Assembly: GCA_031549365.1 (NCBI GenBank)
Contig: JAVBPX010000004.1
Span: 1 to 64,000, forward strand
DNA: 64,000 bases
Direction: 5' to 3'
Source: Alphaproteobacteria bacterium
GTDB lineage: Bacteria; Pseudomonadota; Alphaproteobacteria; Rs-D84
The position numbers and the translations under genes were made by a program. The notes below the pieces were generated by a model. It was not told the origin of the DNA. It saw nothing but the letters and a program-made list of their open reading frames with translations, and searched no databases. Of this stretch, positions 62,118-64,000 are shown one piece after another. The stretch's first letter is position 1. Every line of letters starts with the position of its first letter.

Positions 62118-62753
62118 TTCCATAAATTGCGACAACCAAGCATCCGCAGCTTCGCGCATAGCATTCTTTTTAGAAGATCCAATCGCAGTAGCAGATTTAT
62201 CCAATGCCGTAACCGTTACTACAAATTCAGGTTCATGCGCAGGCCCAGAAACCGTATCAACCCTGTACTTTGGCAAATCAACGGTAAAACTCTGAACATA
62301 TTCTTGCAACATTGTTTTTGGGTCTTTTGGCAATTCAATACTTTCAACAACCATATCTTGAAACAAATTAACAATGACTTTGTTCGCAACATCAGCGCCT
62401 GCTTCTATATAAATAGCGGCAAATATTGCCTCCATTGCATCCGCCATCACATTTGTCAAATCCCCAGTTGTCAAATGCGCGCGCTTTAAAACAGATTGCA
62501 TGCCCAATTTATCAGCAACAATCGCCAAGGATTTTGATGACACCAATGCAGCATGTCGTTGGGCCAAAAATCCCTCGTTTTCATCTGGAAATTTTTCATA
62601 CAACAAATATGCAACCGTTAAACCCAAAACGCGATCGCCCAAAAACTCTAATCTTTCATTATTTTTGATTGCGGAATACCCGGATTGGGTCAATGCCTGA
62701 TCCAGCAATGATTTATCCTTAAAAGTATATCCCAATTTTTTTTCAAATGTCAT
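62109..62753 (-). CDS. rnc: Ribonuclease III
   Basis: NERLEFLGD, ADAMEA, dsRBD DPKTMLQE...GPAHEPEF. Confidence 0.96.
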   Translation of the reverse strand: MTFEKKLGYTFKDKSLLDQALTQSGYSAIKNNERLEFLGDRVLGLTVAYLLYEKFPDENEGFLAQRHAALVSSKSLAIVADKLGMQSVLKRAHLTTGDLTNVMADAMEAIFAAIYIEAGADVANKVIVNLFQDMVVESIELPKDPKTMLQEYVQSFTVDLPKYRVDTVSGPAHEPEFVVTVTALDKSATAIGSSKKNAMREAADAWLSQFMESK

Positions 62754-63655
62754 TATTTTGCCGCCATAAAAAATCTTTCCCAACGAATTTTGCTAGGCCA
62801 ATTCCAAGGCAATAACAATGACCCATAATAATTATGCGAATAAAATATAAACCATACGCGCCCCAAAACATTATCACGCGACACAAATCCAACATTATCT
62901 ATATCTCGGGAATCGCCTGATAAATCACGATCATCCCCCATAAAGAAATAATGGCCATCCGGAACACGGTACAATGGCGTATTATCATAATAAGCATCAT
63001 CCGCCAATTCTATGATTTCGTGTTTAATTCCATTTGGCAATATTTCGATATATTTTTCAAAATGCAACACACCAAAACAAGCATTCGGAGTATTTACACA
63101 AACAGAATCATCTTTGTATTCAATTGTGTATGGATACTCAACATCCTTATTATTTTCATAAATTTTATTTCCACGAACAATCGTAATCATACCTGTATTT
63201 TTATCGACAATTTGAAAACCAACAGAACGTAATTTTTGTGGAATCGCCGCAACAACATATTTTCCGACATGCTGACGCTCAACCATTTTACCATTAATAT
63301 ACAAACGACCAGATTTCATTTGAATTTCATCATTCGGCATTCCAATCAAACGTTTGACATAATCTTCTTTGGCATTTGGTTTGCGAAACACAATTATATC
63401 GCCTTGTTTTGGCCCATCAATCTCAAAAAAACGACCATCAAATAAATCCCAAGAACCAAACGGAAACGAATATCTGGAATAGCCGTAACTCCATTTTTTA
63501 ACAAATAAATGATCTCCTACTTCCAGAGTTGGAATCATTGATCCGGACGGGATATGAAATGGCTCTAATAAAAAACTACGAAAAATAACTGCAATTATCG
63601 CGGCCCAAAAAAAAGTAGAAATCCAAGATTCTTTTGTTGCGTGTTTTTGTTTCAT
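62753..63655 (-). CDS. lepB: Signal peptidase I
   Basis: IPSGSMIPTL, YVKRLIG, FMGDDRDLSGDSR. Confidence 0.96.
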   Translation of the reverse strand: MKQKHATKESWISTFFWAAIIAVIFRSFLLEPFHIPSGSMIPTLEVGDHLFVKKWSYGYSRYSFPFGSWDLFDGRFFEIDGPKQGDIIVFRKPNAKEDYVKRLIGMPNDEIQMKSGRLYINGKMVERQHVGKYVVAAIPQKLRSVGFQIVDKNTGMITIVRGNKIYENNKDVEYPYTIEYKDDSVCVNTPNACFGVLHFEKYIEILPNGIKHEIIELADDAYYDNTPLYRVPDGHYFFMGDDRDLSGDSRDIDNVGFVSRDNVLGRVWFIFYSHNYYGSLLLPWNWPSKIRWERFFMAAK

Positions 63656-63709
63656 ATTGCCCCCTGGGTTTACCGGGAAAGCATACCAATTATATCCCAA
63701 AAAGCAAGG

Positions 63710-64000
63710 TTATTTTTCGATAATAACAGATGCGATTGCGTATTCGCCTTCGTCCGACAATGATAAATGCAACACCGCATTTGGAACACGTCCGTCCAAT
63801 ATATCCCGAGCCCCCCCAACAACGCGTAAAACCGGCTGGCCAGATTTTAAATGATCGACAGAAACATCGGAAAATTTAATCTTGTCCGAAAACCCGGTTC
63901 CCAACGCTTTCAAAAAAGCCTCACGCGCGGCAAAATATTTGGCCAATCTGGCATCCGGATGCGAGTTTCCCGCAATTGACTTTAATTCATCCGGCGTAAA
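63710..64000 (-). CDS. acpS: Holo-ACP synthase (5' end outside the window)
   Basis: FAAREAFLKALGTG, SLSDE; acpS-lepB-rnc order; frame open to the window edge. Confidence 0.92.
   Translation of the reverse strand, partial: FTPDELKSIAGNSHPDARLAKYFAAREAFLKALGTGFSDKIKFSDVSVDHLKSGQPVLRVVGGARDILDGRVPNAVLHLSLSDEGEYAIASVIIEK

Overview
AT-rich (roughly 35-40% GC by eye), gene-dense bacterial chromosome segment in standard code 11. The gene content points to an alphaproteobacterium: DUF2155, rplS-mlaD, AddA, a TipN-like coiled-coil protein, ybgC-tolQRA, an RpoH promoter and an OmpR/EnvZ pair. The Cys-rich repeat protein and shuffled operons resemble uncultured Rs-D84/'Enterousia'-like lineages, which is inference only. 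Most of the window is housekeeping: uvrA, recN, addA, polA, ruvB, dnaK, grpE, ffh, rpsP-rimM-trmD-rplS, rpsB-tsf, rplY, kdsA/kdsD, lptCB, amiC, rnc-lepB-acpS and seven tRNAs. No prophage, transposase, integrase or CRISPR array was seen. The most notable unexplained signal is a family of three 100-185 bp structured non-coding elements. Each lies just downstream of a minus-strand tRNA (Thr, Lys, Ile2/Met), starts with a copy of part of that tRNA's own 3' half, and shares the palindrome AAACAATTAATAATTGTTT inside a GACGG/CCGT stem. Other notable items are a second family of about 125 bp intergenic palindromes, a CdaA diadenylate cyclase in an alphaproteobacterial context, a divergent RelA/SpoT-fold nucleotidyltransferase beside tRNA genes, a membrane-anchored GH24 lysozyme-TPR fusion, a MotA/MotB-like pair whose MotA tail has AT-hook-like motifs, and a tRNA-Gly(CCC) with an A73 discriminator. 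All calls come from motif recognition by eye; no searches were run.
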